From a virus: a stretch of 64,000 nucleotides of DNA. The stretch's first letter is position 1; each line of letters opens with the position of its first letter. Shown in pieces: positions 55,796 through 64,000 of the stretch. The stretch covers positions 105,253 to 169,252 of IMG/VR virus record IMGVR_UViG_3300017991_000051, one strand, 5' to 3'. The notes beneath the pieces were generated by a model. The model searched no databases. It had not been told where the DNA came from and worked only from the letters and a program-made list of their open reading frames with translations. Position numbers and translations under genes: made by a program.

Positions 55796-56512
55796 CTAGG
55801 TTAATACCTCCAGTCTCCGTACTCGCAGTTTCCCATCCATCGTCGGAAGACCTGCAAACAATATATCCTCGGAACGAACGCGCACGTCCAGACACAGCAG
55901 TTCCATACCCGGATCGCACAGCCCGTACCATGATGGATGGTGTCCTCGCTTGAGCACATGAAGCCCGGGCCCACACTGCTGGTCCGATATCTCACCTTCC
56001 GCTTCGATGGTTGCTCCCTTAGGATACTCTATGACAGTCCCACCATCAAAGTTAGGACTTTTCCTGTCTAGCGTAACCCATTTGGAAAAGACATGCGACG
56101 CTCCATCCTTCCCGTACGCTTCACGTAACTGCTCGTTCAACATCATTGACGTAACACTGTTGCCGAGCTGGACATTGTTGCCGAGATGGACATCGTTGCC
56201 GAGCTGGACATCGTTGCCGAGCTGGACATAGTTGCCGAGCTGGACATTGTTGCCGAGCTGGACACGGTTGCCGAGATGGACACCGTTGCCGAGCCGGACA
56301 CAGTCGCCGAGCTGGACAAGGTTGCCGAGATGGACATTGTTGCCGAGCTGGACAAGGTTGCCGAGATGGACATCGTTGCCTAGCCGGACACAGTCGCCGA
56401 GCTGGACATAATTGCCGAGATGGACCCAGTCGCCATCGGGTGAAATATACCACCCGTTTTCTAGTGGCCACGAACGAATTTCGTCTACTTTTGCATTCTT
56501 GATCATTTTCAA
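55796..56512 (-). CDS. Hexapeptide-repeat (left-handed beta-helix) protein
   Basis: 15 x V[HQR]LG[ND]x; C-terminal CGPGLH..KLRV. Confidence 0.8.
   Translation of the reverse strand: MKMIKNAKVDEIRSWPLENGWYISPDGDWVHLGNYVQLGDCVRLGNDVHLGNLVQLGNNVHLGNLVQLGDCVRLGNGVHLGNRVQLGNNVQLGNYVQLGNDVQLGNDVHLGNNVQLGNSVTSMMLNEQLREAYGKDGASHVFSKWVTLDRKSPNFDGGTVIEYPKGATIEAEGEISDQQCGPGLHVLKRGHHPSWYGLCDPGMELLCLDVRVRSEDILFAGLPTMDGKLRVRRLEVLT
56157..56426. repeat. Coding 18-bp tandem repeat, 15 copies
   Basis: GTTGCCGAG(C/A)TGGACAnn. Confidence 0.9.
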
Positions 56513-56518
56513 TTCTCC

Positions 56519-56920
56519 TTAGTGATGTCCACAATCGCGCGTCTTGATCCCGAGCGGCGACCACACGATACAGCCGCAATGCCGACAAACGGGTCTACCC
56601 TCTTCATCCCGCGTATCCGGTATCGGCGCGCACCCCAACGCCTTGAACAGATGCTGGTACGCCGGCGCCAACCGCTTGAATGCGTGACGCTGGCGCCACT
56701 CGTTAAACGCAGCCCGCATCCGCTCGAACAGCGGTTCCTTGACTTCCTCCACCGGAACGTACAGCGTCGTAACCTCGTTACGAGTAACGCGCACACTCGT
56801 CGGCATTGGCACTATCTCCGGTATGATCAGGCTGAGCTGTTCCATGTCGCTCCACTTCGCCAAGTTCGCCACGTTCGTGCCACAGCCGGGACACACGTAG
56901 TCCTCTTTTCGTTCCTTCAT
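56519..56920 (-). CDS. Zn-ribbon hypothetical protein
   Basis: CPGC..CRHC; GGAGGAGG SD. Confidence 0.6.
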   Translation of the reverse strand: MKERKEDYVCPGCGTNVANLAKWSDMEQLSLIIPEIVPMPTSVRVTRNEVTTLYVPVEEVKEPLFERMRAAFNEWRQRHAFKRLAPAYQHLFKALGCAPIPDTRDEEGRPVCRHCGCIVWSPLGIKTRDCGHH

Positions 56921-56962
56921 TATTCCTCCTCCAAGGAGCTAACGAACCGGAGCCGTGGTATG

Positions 56963-57448
56963 TTACTCCACCACGAGGCTACGATCGACGTCCCATTTTT
57001 TACCGGCCTTGATCTTCGAAATCATGGACTTGGAAACGCCGTAAGATTTGGCAAGACTTACCCCTCGTTCTCCCGCCGCGAGCTGCCTGCGTATCTCCAC
57101 CGCATCCTCGTACGTCAGTTTACGTACCTGCTTAGGCGCGTACGACGCAACAGCTCTATCGATTTGGCGTCGCCGCCTGTCACCCATGAACGGCCGGAGC
57201 ATGTTCATAAGTAACACGGCGTTGTTGCCTTTTATCGACATTATATAGGCGGGTTTCCAACCTTTTTCTTTTCCCCGGTCGGAACGACAGTAAGAATACC
57301 CAGTAAGTTTTGCCACCTTTGCTACTACGTCTTCGTCCGTCATCGACAGTGCTACCAAGGGCAAGTGGGGACGGCTCGGCGGCCCCGCTAAAAAAGATCC
57401 CTCGCCCTCGAGTAAACCTGCAAGCCAGTATAGTTCATTTTTAGTCAT
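56963..57448 (-). CDS. Free-standing LAGLIDADG homing endonuclease with C-terminal HTH
   Basis: WLAGLLEGEGSF; LSMTDEDVV; SLAKSYGVSKSMISKI. Confidence 0.85.
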   Translation of the reverse strand: MTKNELYWLAGLLEGEGSFLAGPPSRPHLPLVALSMTDEDVVAKVAKLTGYSYCRSDRGKEKGWKPAYIMSIKGNNAVLLMNMLRPFMGDRRRRQIDRAVASYAPKQVRKLTYEDAVEIRRQLAAGERGVSLAKSYGVSKSMISKIKAGKKWDVDRSLVVE

Positions 57449-57485
57449 GTTGACCATGGTAACGCGTAACGCTACCACAGTCAAC
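57449..57485 (-). promoter_or_regulatory. 16-bp hairpin between the SD and the start codon of the endonuclease
   Basis: GTTGACTGTGGTAGCG-TTACG-CGTTACCATGGTCAAC. Confidence 0.7.
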
Positions 57486-57492
57486 TCCTTTT

Positions 57493-57696
57493 TTAGGCTC
57501 TGAGCGAAACGCCGGCGCCCTCTCGCCTGATAATGAGTACAACGCTATGCGCGGCCATCAGCCCCTCAAGGTCATGGTCGTTCGCCCACGTCGAAGACAC
57601 GTATCCCGCGGGCGTACAGTGACCCCATACGGCCCGCTCACTGCTGGTCGCCTACACGATGAGTAACGTATCACGTCCGTTATCTCTAACGATCAT
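57493..57696 (-). pseudogene. 67-codon ORF with an in-frame TAG at codon 15
   Basis: GGAGG SD, ATGA coupling, fills the gap exactly. Confidence 0.4.
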
Positions 57697-58004
57697 TCTG
57701 ATACCTCCGTCCTCGCCGCATTTATCAGCGTGCGTGCCCTGTACTTCCAGTCGATCTCCGGCGTGTACGGCAGATGCCGTCCGCCTTCGCCGTCATAGTG
57801 GCCACGGTCGTAATGCCGCGCGGCCGTCGTCTCCAGCTCACGGGCTATCAAGTCCACGAGCCAATCCTCCGAGGCCTTACGTTTGGCCTCCTCCTTCGGG
57901 TCCGGTGCCGGCAGCCACATGCAGCGGTCTGGTAGCCGCCCCAGCCTGCAGTTACGCGGCGCCCCCTCATCATACCCCTTGCATTCCTTATGCTCGCAAT
58001 CCAT
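57693..58004 (-). CDS. Hypothetical protein
   Basis: 103 aa, GAGG SD. Confidence 0.55.
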   Translation of the reverse strand: MDCEHKECKGYDEGAPRNCRLGRLPDRCMWLPAPDPKEEAKRKASEDWLVDLIARELETTAARHYDRGHYDGEGGRHLPYTPEIDWKYRARTLINAARTEVSE

Positions 58005-58021
58005 TGTGCGTTTCCTCCCCC

Positions 58022-58237
58022 CTAAAAACTAATCCATTCGTTGCTGTTTACAATGTTTCGGGCGTGGCGCTGGCGCTCTTCCTTCGTCTTCGCCCTAGCC
58101 GCCGCCCCGATCAATACGTCCAGAAAGGGGTTGCCGGTCGACTCCGCCAGAGGAGGAATCTCCCGAACAATCTGGTCTTCCGGAATATCAATCACAGCCT
58201 TACCCTGTGCGCGATAATACTTCAGATTATCCGACAT
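58022..58237 (-). CDS. Hypothetical protein
   Basis: GGAGGAGG SD. Confidence 0.55.
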   Translation of the reverse strand: MSDNLKYYRAQGKAVIDIPEDQIVREIPPLAESTGNPFLDVLIGAAARAKTKEERQRHARNIVNSNEWISF

Positions 58238-58275
58238 GAGATTCCTCCTCCACAAAGTACAATGCGTTATAAACT

Positions 58276-59145
58276 CTACGCGTTAACCGTCTTCGGCTTA
58301 AACGGTAACTCAGCCGCGGTAAACCCAGCCGCTGACCGATGTCCGCCGCCTCCCTGCTCCTTACACACCTTCGAGACGTCGACACCGTCCTTGTCACTAT
58401 ACATGCTGACAGTGAATTTATTCCCGTCATGTGCGTAGGCAATACACGCATCGTATTCCTTCATTCGGTCGCCGAAGCCCTTGCTCCCGAACTTGTAGAT
58501 GTTCGTAGCAAAGCACTTGAGCCCGCCCAGCTCCGTCTCGTACCCGAATGCGTCACGCATTTCCTTGCAGTAGGCATCCCGATACTTCATGGCCGTCCGC
58601 CCATTCTCGATGATCCGATCCAGATCCTTGTTCTGGAACTGGCGCGGCGAAAGCAGTTGACGCCATATCGCCGACTTCGGATCCTCGATGCCCGTCTCCA
58701 TCTTCAACCCCTCGAAGAAGGGCAAAGATGTAGGTTTCTTCAACGCGAACTTGTCGTAGTCGCCCAGCAAGGCTACCGCCATCGGCACCGGCTGTCCCTC
58801 AAAGAAATGGCGCCACGCCAGCTCGCAGCCGGCTTCCGCCTTATCCTTGAAGTTGCGCAGTCCCTTTATGCGAGCCTTGATCTCCGGGCCGTAGTCGTAG
58901 TCGCCGGCCGTCACGTGATGATCGATCCACGTAACGTTCTGAGTCTTCTCCCACAGCTTCTTCATGACCTCCGGTTTGAGCGAGAAGTCGACGATGATCA
59001 CCTGCTCATCGGGCTTGATCGAGTCGATATCCAGCTCGTCCTTATAGTCCATTTCCTGGAAGCGCATGTTCATACGATCATGCGCCTTCAGCACGATGGC
59101 CGCCGAACAGCGGCCGTCAGCGTCGTTGTGATGTACCACCAGCAT
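58276..59145 (-). CDS. DHH/DHHA1 phosphoesterase (NrnA/NrnB-like)
   Basis: HHNDADG, IVDFS, WIDHH and GGGGHRSAAG motifs. Confidence 0.9.
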   Translation of the reverse strand: MLVVHHNDADGRCSAAIVLKAHDRMNMRFQEMDYKDELDIDSIKPDEQVIIVDFSLKPEVMKKLWEKTQNVTWIDHHVTAGDYDYGPEIKARIKGLRNFKDKAEAGCELAWRHFFEGQPVPMAVALLGDYDKFALKKPTSLPFFEGLKMETGIEDPKSAIWRQLLSPRQFQNKDLDRIIENGRTAMKYRDAYCKEMRDAFGYETELGGLKCFATNIYKFGSKGFGDRMKEYDACIAYAHDGNKFTVSMYSDKDGVDVSKVCKEQGGGGHRSAAGFTAAELPFKPKTVNA

Positions 59146-59156
59146 ATATTTCCTCC

Positions 59157-59621
59157 CTACGCTACAAACGCGCACTCCAGCGCGCGCTTGATTCTGTTCC
59201 ACGACTCCTCGCGGTTGGATACCCCGGTTTTCTGCTTTACCTCCGGCCATGGCGTCAGGTATATGTTGACGTCCGCCATATCCTCTCTGACGTCGAAGCT
59301 CCACGCCGGAGCACACCCATACCATGGATCCATCCCGGGCATACCCAGCGCGCCAGCCGTATCGCAACACGAACGGTACTCGAATAGGAACATGTCGAGA
59401 AACTGCTTCAGCTGTTCCTTCGTCAACAACGCGACCCACTTAGCGTGAGCAACCGTCTCGTAACACGGATGATCCTGCTCCATGTTCTTCGATGTCTCGG
59501 TCTTACGCCACACGCCCCGCTGCTTCAAACGCTTTGGCTCGAAGTCCGAGAGCGTATGCTCACGCGGCTCAAACGGAGCATCCACATAGATATCGACCGA
59601 GTAGATAATGCCGAACTTCAT
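59157..59621 (-). CDS. Hypothetical protein
   Basis: 154 aa, coupled to the upstream gene. Confidence 0.6.
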   Translation of the reverse strand: MKFGIIYSVDIYVDAPFEPREHTLSDFEPKRLKQRGVWRKTETSKNMEQDHPCYETVAHAKWVALLTKEQLKQFLDMFLFEYRSCCDTAGALGMPGMDPWYGCAPAWSFDVREDMADVNIYLTPWPEVKQKTGVSNREESWNRIKRALECAFVA

Positions 59622-59971
59622 TAAACGTCCTCCGTCAATGGCGGGAGATACATCTTCTTCCTGAGCTTGTTCGCGTACTCCAGAGACCCCTTCGTCCCCG
59701 ACTGGACCTGCGTCCTCGACGGGACGTGGTTGCCCCAGTAGTCGTAGTGATCTTCCTTACCCAGCACGCACAGACCGTTCTCGATCATGCGCGTTGCCGT
59801 ACGGCCCATATGGCCCTCCAGCTTCCAGCAGGATCCGTCGTTGATCATCTGCTGCATCGTAGCCACTTCTTCGTCTTCCGTCAGTTCCCCCTGTACCAGT
59901 CCCAGTACATCGGGGGACATCGTCGCCAAATCATTTGGTCTCGACACTACTTGCCTCCTTTGGTTTATCAA
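59621..59971 (-). CDS. Hypothetical phage protein
   Basis: QQMINDGSCWKLEGHMGRTA..DYWGN.VPSR motif. Confidence 0.6.
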   Translation of the reverse strand: MINQRRQVVSRPNDLATMSPDVLGLVQGELTEDEEVATMQQMINDGSCWKLEGHMGRTATRMIENGLCVLGKEDHYDYWGNHVPSRTQVQSGTKGSLEYANKLRKKMYLPPLTEDV

Positions 59972-60092
59972 CTTCCTTCTTTTCCTCCTCCACCCATCCC
60001 TTACCGCAGTTGAAACAGTGGTACTCCCACTTTCTCACGCCGTCGACAGTAACACACCCTTCATTTTTGACGTCGGGGGCATCACAACACAT
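59931..60092 (-). CDS. Small Zn-ribbon protein
   Basis: MCCD..CFNCG. Confidence 0.4.
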   Translation of the reverse strand: MCCDAPDVKNEGCVTVDGVRKWEYHCFNCGKGWVEEEKKEVDKPKEASSVETK

Positions 60093-60114
60093 TCTCTCCG
60101 GATTTCTCAGCTTA

Positions 60115-60819
60115 TTAGTCACCTGACCCCCCTGCTGGTTGCCTGACGCCACAGTGAATACATTCCTCCCACTCGTTACCGTCAAGATCGGAGTTGTGAT
60201 GGAAAACACACGTCTCTTCCGGACATTTTTCCACCCACGTCCAAGTGTGATTGCGCCCTCTTATATACAGTTGATGTGGACCGACGTGGCCACTCGCCAT
60301 ATCACACTGATATCCCTCCGGCGACACTGCCGGACACCTGTTACCGACACGACATGGTTCTACGCCGCCGTGAGCTGCCCGCCACTGCTGAACCTCATCC
60401 GGCATCAACTCCACGTTTGCCCCGTTACGACGCATGTATACGCCGGTTCCAGTAGGCTTGTCAATGGTTTTGCCGGCCTTGAACCATGTCTCAATCATGT
60501 TCATCCACTCAGCGCGGCAGTTCTTACACACCCGGAGGGTATAAACGCCACGAGGAGTCAGCTCCCCTTTACAGCGGACTGTGCCCGCCTCCAGAGTGAG
60601 TTTATGATTCTCAGGGCTGGGTAAGTCTATAACAACCGGATCCTTCGCCGGTTCACAGTCTTCTTCATCCGCTATGAACAATATCTTCTGCTCAAACGGG
60701 ATATCCAGCTCCTCCATCGCATAGAAGCAGGCCATCCACAGGGTGCGACGATCTTCCCCTATCTCCCCGCAACGCATACATTTTTCTCCACTCACTTCTT
60801 CCTCCTTACGAGCGTCCAA
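60115..60819 (-). CDS. Cys-rich hypothetical protein
   Basis: 234 aa with multiple CxxC. Confidence 0.6.
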   Translation of the reverse strand: MDARKEEEVSGEKCMRCGEIGEDRRTLWMACFYAMEELDIPFEQKILFIADEEDCEPAKDPVVIDLPSPENHKLTLEAGTVRCKGELTPRGVYTLRVCKNCRAEWMNMIETWFKAGKTIDKPTGTGVYMRRNGANVELMPDEVQQWRAAHGGVEPCRVGNRCPAVSPEGYQCDMASGHVGPHQLYIRGRNHTWTWVEKCPEETCVFHHNSDLDGNEWEECIHCGVRQPAGGSGD

Positions 60820-61052
60820 ACCTGGCCGTTCTTCTCGATTGTCACTAACTTTTTCCCGCGGGGCACCTTCAGCACCGTAATCAAGTGATACCCTGACGAA
60901 TCCGACGCCCAGATGAACTGGTAGCCAGGCACCCCCTCCATAGCCATCCGAATCATTTCATGCTCCGGATATTCGCCAACGCGTTCGATGAATCGCTCCT
61001 TACCATGGGCGGTCAGGCTGTGACAAACCCCATCGATCTTCACAACACGCAT
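60792..61052 (-). CDS. Possible RelE/BrnT-like small protein
   Basis: LTAHGKERFIER..LITV pattern. Confidence 0.4.
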   Translation of the reverse strand: MRVVKIDGVCHSLTAHGKERFIERVGEYPEHEMIRMAMEGVPGYQFIWASDSSGYHLITVLKVPRGKKLVTIEKNGQVWTLVRRKK

Positions 61053-61063
61053 TGACGCCCTCC

Positions 61064-61261
61064 CTACGGATTCGTCTCCGTATGTATCGTGACGCGCTTG
61101 CACTTCCGGCACTTGAACGTCAGCACCAGCTTCTTCTGAAACAGCCAGTACGGCATTTTGCTACTCCTCATGCTCCGATGCTCTACACATTCCGACGCCT
61201 GCTCGAAACCCGAGGGCATCACCGTCTTATCGATTATCTCGTCATCGTGTCTACAGAACAT
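61064..61261 (-). CDS. Small Cys protein
   Basis: MFCRH..CRKCK. Confidence 0.55.
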   Translation of the reverse strand: MFCRHDDEIIDKTVMPSGFEQASECVEHRSMRSSKMPYWLFQKKLVLTFKCRKCKRVTIHTETNP

Positions 61262-61270
61262 AGTTCCTCC

Positions 61271-61486
61271 TCACAGCACCATCTGCGACGTCAGTTCCTT
61301 CACCTTCGTCAACGACGGAAGTTTCCACGCGCCATCTCGAACCTCCTCCGCCTCGATAGCATGCATGATCGCACGCTCACGGGACCAGCTGTTGCAATGC
61401 TGCATCTCATCCAACGCCATAAACATGAGGTTGATGAGGTTGGCCCGCGGTAGGCTCGCTAAGTAGTTGAACAATTTGTCATCCAT
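61271..61486 (-). CDS. Hypothetical protein
   Basis: 71 aa ORF. Confidence 0.55.
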   Translation of the reverse strand: MDDKLFNYLASLPRANLINLMFMALDEMQHCNSWSRERAIMHAIEAEEVRDGAWKLPSLTKVKELTSQMVL

Positions 61487-61676
61487 CTTCCAGTTCCTTT
61501 CTGCCGAATTCGTCGGCTATTCCGAATCCCGTTTCGGCTTCCACGGAGCATGACACTCACCACACACACTCTCTCTGCGTAGCATTTTTCCTCCAGTAAT
61601 CGATACCGGTCAACTTTTTCAGCGTATACGGCAGTTTCTGTCAACTATTTTACTGCACATCCTCCTCACGTAGCCC

Positions 61677-61871
61677 CTATCGTTCCCAGCTCCTTCTCGT
61701 CCTCTTTACCGGCGGAACGGTTGACAGACAATCCTGATATCGGAAGTGCGCAAATCCACACATATAGGACTTATCGCGCTTGCCCTTTTCCTTCTTCTCG
61801 TAGATCATCAAATGTACAGGAACCTCGATAGTTCCCAGCAATGGAATCTTCGCAATACTACCATGTCCCAT
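61677..61871 (-). CDS. Hypothetical protein
   Basis: GAGGAGG SD; TGGTATAAC extended -10-like element near 61902-61910. Confidence 0.45.
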   Translation of the reverse strand: MGHGSIAKIPLLGTIEVPVHLMIYEKKEKGKRDKSYMCGFAHFRYQDCLSTVPPVKRTRRSWER

Positions 61872-61932
61872 TAACTGCCTCCTCAGTTACCAAACATATT
61901 AGTTATACCACCACCTTTATTGGTTAAAGAGT

Positions 61933-62074
61933 GTGAGCTTTTACGCGCCGGTCGCAACCGGAGTGGATGCGTAGGCTGACGTTTGGACCGCCAGCTTGTG
62001 ACAACATCCCTGTTATTTTCTTGGGCGGGCTTCCGGGTATCTCTCCCTTCCGCGGCCACAGGCGGTTAGCTCAC
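61933..62074 (-). ncRNA. Candidate structured non-coding RNA
   Basis: Nested helices in an intergenic gap (see findings). Confidence 0.4.
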
Positions 62075-62117
62075 GATCAACCGGGAACAACCTAAATCCT
62101 AGGTCATATGACCTACA

Positions 62118-62336
62118 TCACATGTGCTCTTGTGATACGGAATGTTTCTGCTTCTCCAACCACATCGCGTTCTGCACCAGTGGGTGCCACAGTGGATCGA
62201 TATCCTCTTTCCAATGTTCACGCCCCCACGTCCGAAACTCTTCCTTCTCCGTCTCGTCCAGATCGTGTCTGAACATATAACGATCAGTATCATAATGGAC
62301 GGTCAGAAGCTCTCCATCGAATTCAATGGTCTTCAC
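62118..62336 (-). CDS. Hypothetical protein
   Basis: FRTWGREHW..WHPLVQ. Confidence 0.6.
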   Translation of the reverse strand: MKTIEFDGELLTVHYDTDRYMFRHDLDETEKEEFRTWGREHWKEDIDPLWHPLVQNAMWLEKQKHSVSQEHM

Positions 62337-62575
62337 TCTGGTGCCTCCACTTCCTCCGCCTCCATCAACGTAGCGACCAGATCCAAGTACTCGTCGCCGA
62401 TGGGCGGATCATCCTTTTTCAGGGCTCTCCGCAGTGCCGTCACCACCGGCAGGATGTTTCTGTAGGCATGACACTTTATCGCCTCGATAATGTCCGGACG
62501 TCCTACCGAACAACCGTGTGCGTCGAGAGGCAGAACCACCGCCTTCTCGAGCGCATCTTCAAGTTTCATAATCAT
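62333..62575 (-). CDS. Hypothetical protein
   Basis: Coupled to both neighbours. Confidence 0.55.
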   Translation of the reverse strand: MIMKLEDALEKAVVLPLDAHGCSVGRPDIIEAIKCHAYRNILPVVTALRRALKKDDPPIGDEYLDLVATLMEAEEVEAPE

Positions 62576-62979
62576 CAGCTATCCTCCTCAAACGACAATA
62601 GTAAAGCGCATATTTCCTGTAGTTCCGCCTCCATCAGAACGTCCGCTACTTGGTCAAGCGCCTCGTCATCCGTATTGCACCAATGGTCGCACTGATCACG
62701 GTGGCCGCGGAAGCAAGCGTGCACGTCACGCAGCGCCTTTATCATGGCGTCCACAAGCGGCGGCTTCCCCGGTTTAGAGGGGTCCACCGGCGTGTGGTAC
62801 GCCTTAATCAGCTCCCACTCCTTCTGCGCTCGTTCAAGCAATTCGTTCAGGTTCTTGAAGTCGATGTCCATGCTGTCACACACTTCAGCCCACGCAGCGT
62901 GCCCTACGTCGGCAGCTACCAACTCCGACGGCAACCGCGGGAACTGAAGGTCGTTTCTATCCCATAGTTCGTTGCTCAT
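62575..62979 (-). CDS. Hypothetical protein
   Basis: 134 aa ORF. Confidence 0.6.
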   Translation of the reverse strand: MSNELWDRNDLQFPRLPSELVAADVGHAAWAEVCDSMDIDFKNLNELLERAQKEWELIKAYHTPVDPSKPGKPPLVDAMIKALRDVHACFRGHRDQCDHWCNTDDEALDQVADVLMEAELQEICALLLSFEEDS

Positions 62980-63269
62980 AGTTGACTAAACTCCTCTGCA
63001 TTAGCTGCAAACGCCAATGTAGCTTCCGCCAGCACATTCCGCTCGTCCTCCGGCGGGTACTCATCACGCACATGTGTTGCCACTGTACGAAGTGTATCGA
63101 CAATCCCCGCATGAAGAAGCTCATACCCACGCGTATGCAATACGTCGTAAACTAGTTTTCGCTGGTCCACCCACGCTACGAACTCCTCCCCGGTAACGCC
63201 CGGATCATGATGCCCAGCGTTCCAGTCCTCATACTCTTTCGCCATCTTCAACGCTTTTTCCAGTTTCAT
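62976..63269 (-). CDS. Hypothetical protein
   Basis: GGAGG SD; MKLEKALK start. Confidence 0.55.
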   Translation of the reverse strand: MKLEKALKMAKEYEDWNAGHHDPGVTGEEFVAWVDQRKLVYDVLHTRGYELLHAGIVDTLRTVATHVRDEYPPEDERNVLAEATLAFAANAEEFSQL

Positions 63270-63270
63270 T

Positions 63271-63525
63271 TCAACACCCCTCCACAATCTCACAAATGTC
63301 ACCGAGCTTGACCTGCCGCCAAGGCGCGGGCTTGCCCATACCCTCCGGCGGTTCCTCACAACATACCCAGACCGTCGGCTCCATCGGAGGACACTTTGGG
63401 CAATGATTTAACCGTCCCAACGAATAACATTCGCCGTAATGGTTGGTATCGATCATCTTCTCGAACCCACAGGCCTTACACCGATACCGCTTATACCGTA
63501 TCTTCTCCGTTGTCTTGACCGTCAT
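63271..63525 (-). CDS. Zn-ribbon protein
   Basis: CKACG..CPKC. Confidence 0.6.
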   Translation of the reverse strand: MTVKTTEKIRYKRYRCKACGFEKMIDTNHYGECYSLGRLNHCPKCPPMEPTVWVCCEEPPEGMGKPAPWRQVKLGDICEIVEGC

Positions 63526-63853
63526 CGTACTCCTTTATGATCTTCAACGCCTTCCGCCACTCGACGTGACACGGCGGCCGTCTCGTTATCGACTCTACCA
63601 ACTCCCTGTGCATGGCGATAACCGCTGGCGGCATATCCACCAGCGGCCGCTCCGACTGCGTCCCATTCTCGTATACGATACGAAACATGGGACGAGAGCG
63701 ACTGCCGTAACTGAATATCACGGTCTTAACCGATCCGTACTTGAATATGCCGGGTATCGCCTGCTCCAACGCCACGCTATCCTCCAACTGTCTGGCGAGA
63801 ATAGCCGCTTCCCTGAATTTACGGGATATGTTCCCAATTTCTTCTGCCAGCAT
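63491..63853 (-). CDS. Hypothetical protein
   Basis: GGAGG SD before MLAEEIG. Confidence 0.55.
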   Translation of the reverse strand: MLAEEIGNISRKFREAAILARQLEDSVALEQAIPGIFKYGSVKTVIFSYGSRSRPMFRIVYENGTQSERPLVDMPPAVIAMHRELVESITRRPPCHVEWRKALKIIKEYDDGQDNGEDTV

Positions 63854-63867
63854 GTAAACCTCCAATC

Positions 63868-64000
63868 TTACGCCCCTAGAGTCACGTCCGACAGTGTTTC
63901 CAGCCACTCGTGACCCACCTTTGAAAAGTATTGGTCGATCACTTCCTTCCTGGGCAGATCGGTCGGCATGTCCTCATTGGGAATCTCGCTCTCCCACCAC
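63868..64000 (-). CDS. Partial hypothetical protein (C-terminus)
   Basis: ..WWESEIPNEDMPTDL..LGA* open to the right edge. Confidence 0.45.
   Translation of the reverse strand, partial: WWESEIPNEDMPTDLPRKEVIDQYFSKVGHEWLETLSDVTLGA

Noticed and set aside
56921-57696. Group I intron or intron-split tRNA around the LAGLIDADG gene
   Set aside because: I found no recognisable intron core or interrupted exons; the flanks are intact gene boundaries.
61241-61253. 13-nt match (GTCATCGTGTCTA) to one array unit, suggesting a self-target
   Set aside because: The adjacent sequence does not match the paired spacer B, and a 13-mer hit is expected by chance given hundreds of array positions.
1-64000. Genome-wide TAG reassignment
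   Set aside because: Many genes end cleanly in TAG, coding density is high under the standard code, and no suppressor tRNA is seen.

Overview
This is a 64-kb segment of a large contractile-tailed (myovirus-like) phage, with essentially all genes on the minus strand. Positions ~1-40.6 kb form the virion module: partial spike, tube, sheath, tail terminator, two very large signal-peptide-bearing fibre-like proteins, neck proteins, major capsid protein, decoration protein, scaffold and prohead protease. It also holds a block of K-x-A-rich putative head-internal proteins, including a split RNA polymerase beta' C-terminal subunit, a LigD-PE/DNA-ligase/HExxH fusion and an encapsulin-cargo-type ferritin fusion. 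Positions ~40.7-64 kb are an accessory region of many small ORFs interspersed with 8 tRNAs (Trp, Ile-UAU, Ala, Gly, Asp, Pro, Met, Asn). The most striking signal is a degenerate, non-coding array with a 36-nt period at 42774-44327. Its 24 units each carry two alternating 9-nt repeats and two ~9-nt variable spacers, matching the TIGR (tandem interspaced guide RNA) dual-repeat architecture. The array starts on the CCA of tRNA-Ala and is split in register by a metallophosphoesterase gene. I see no recognisable Nop-domain Tas gene in the window. All calls are by eye from motifs and synteny; no searches were run.
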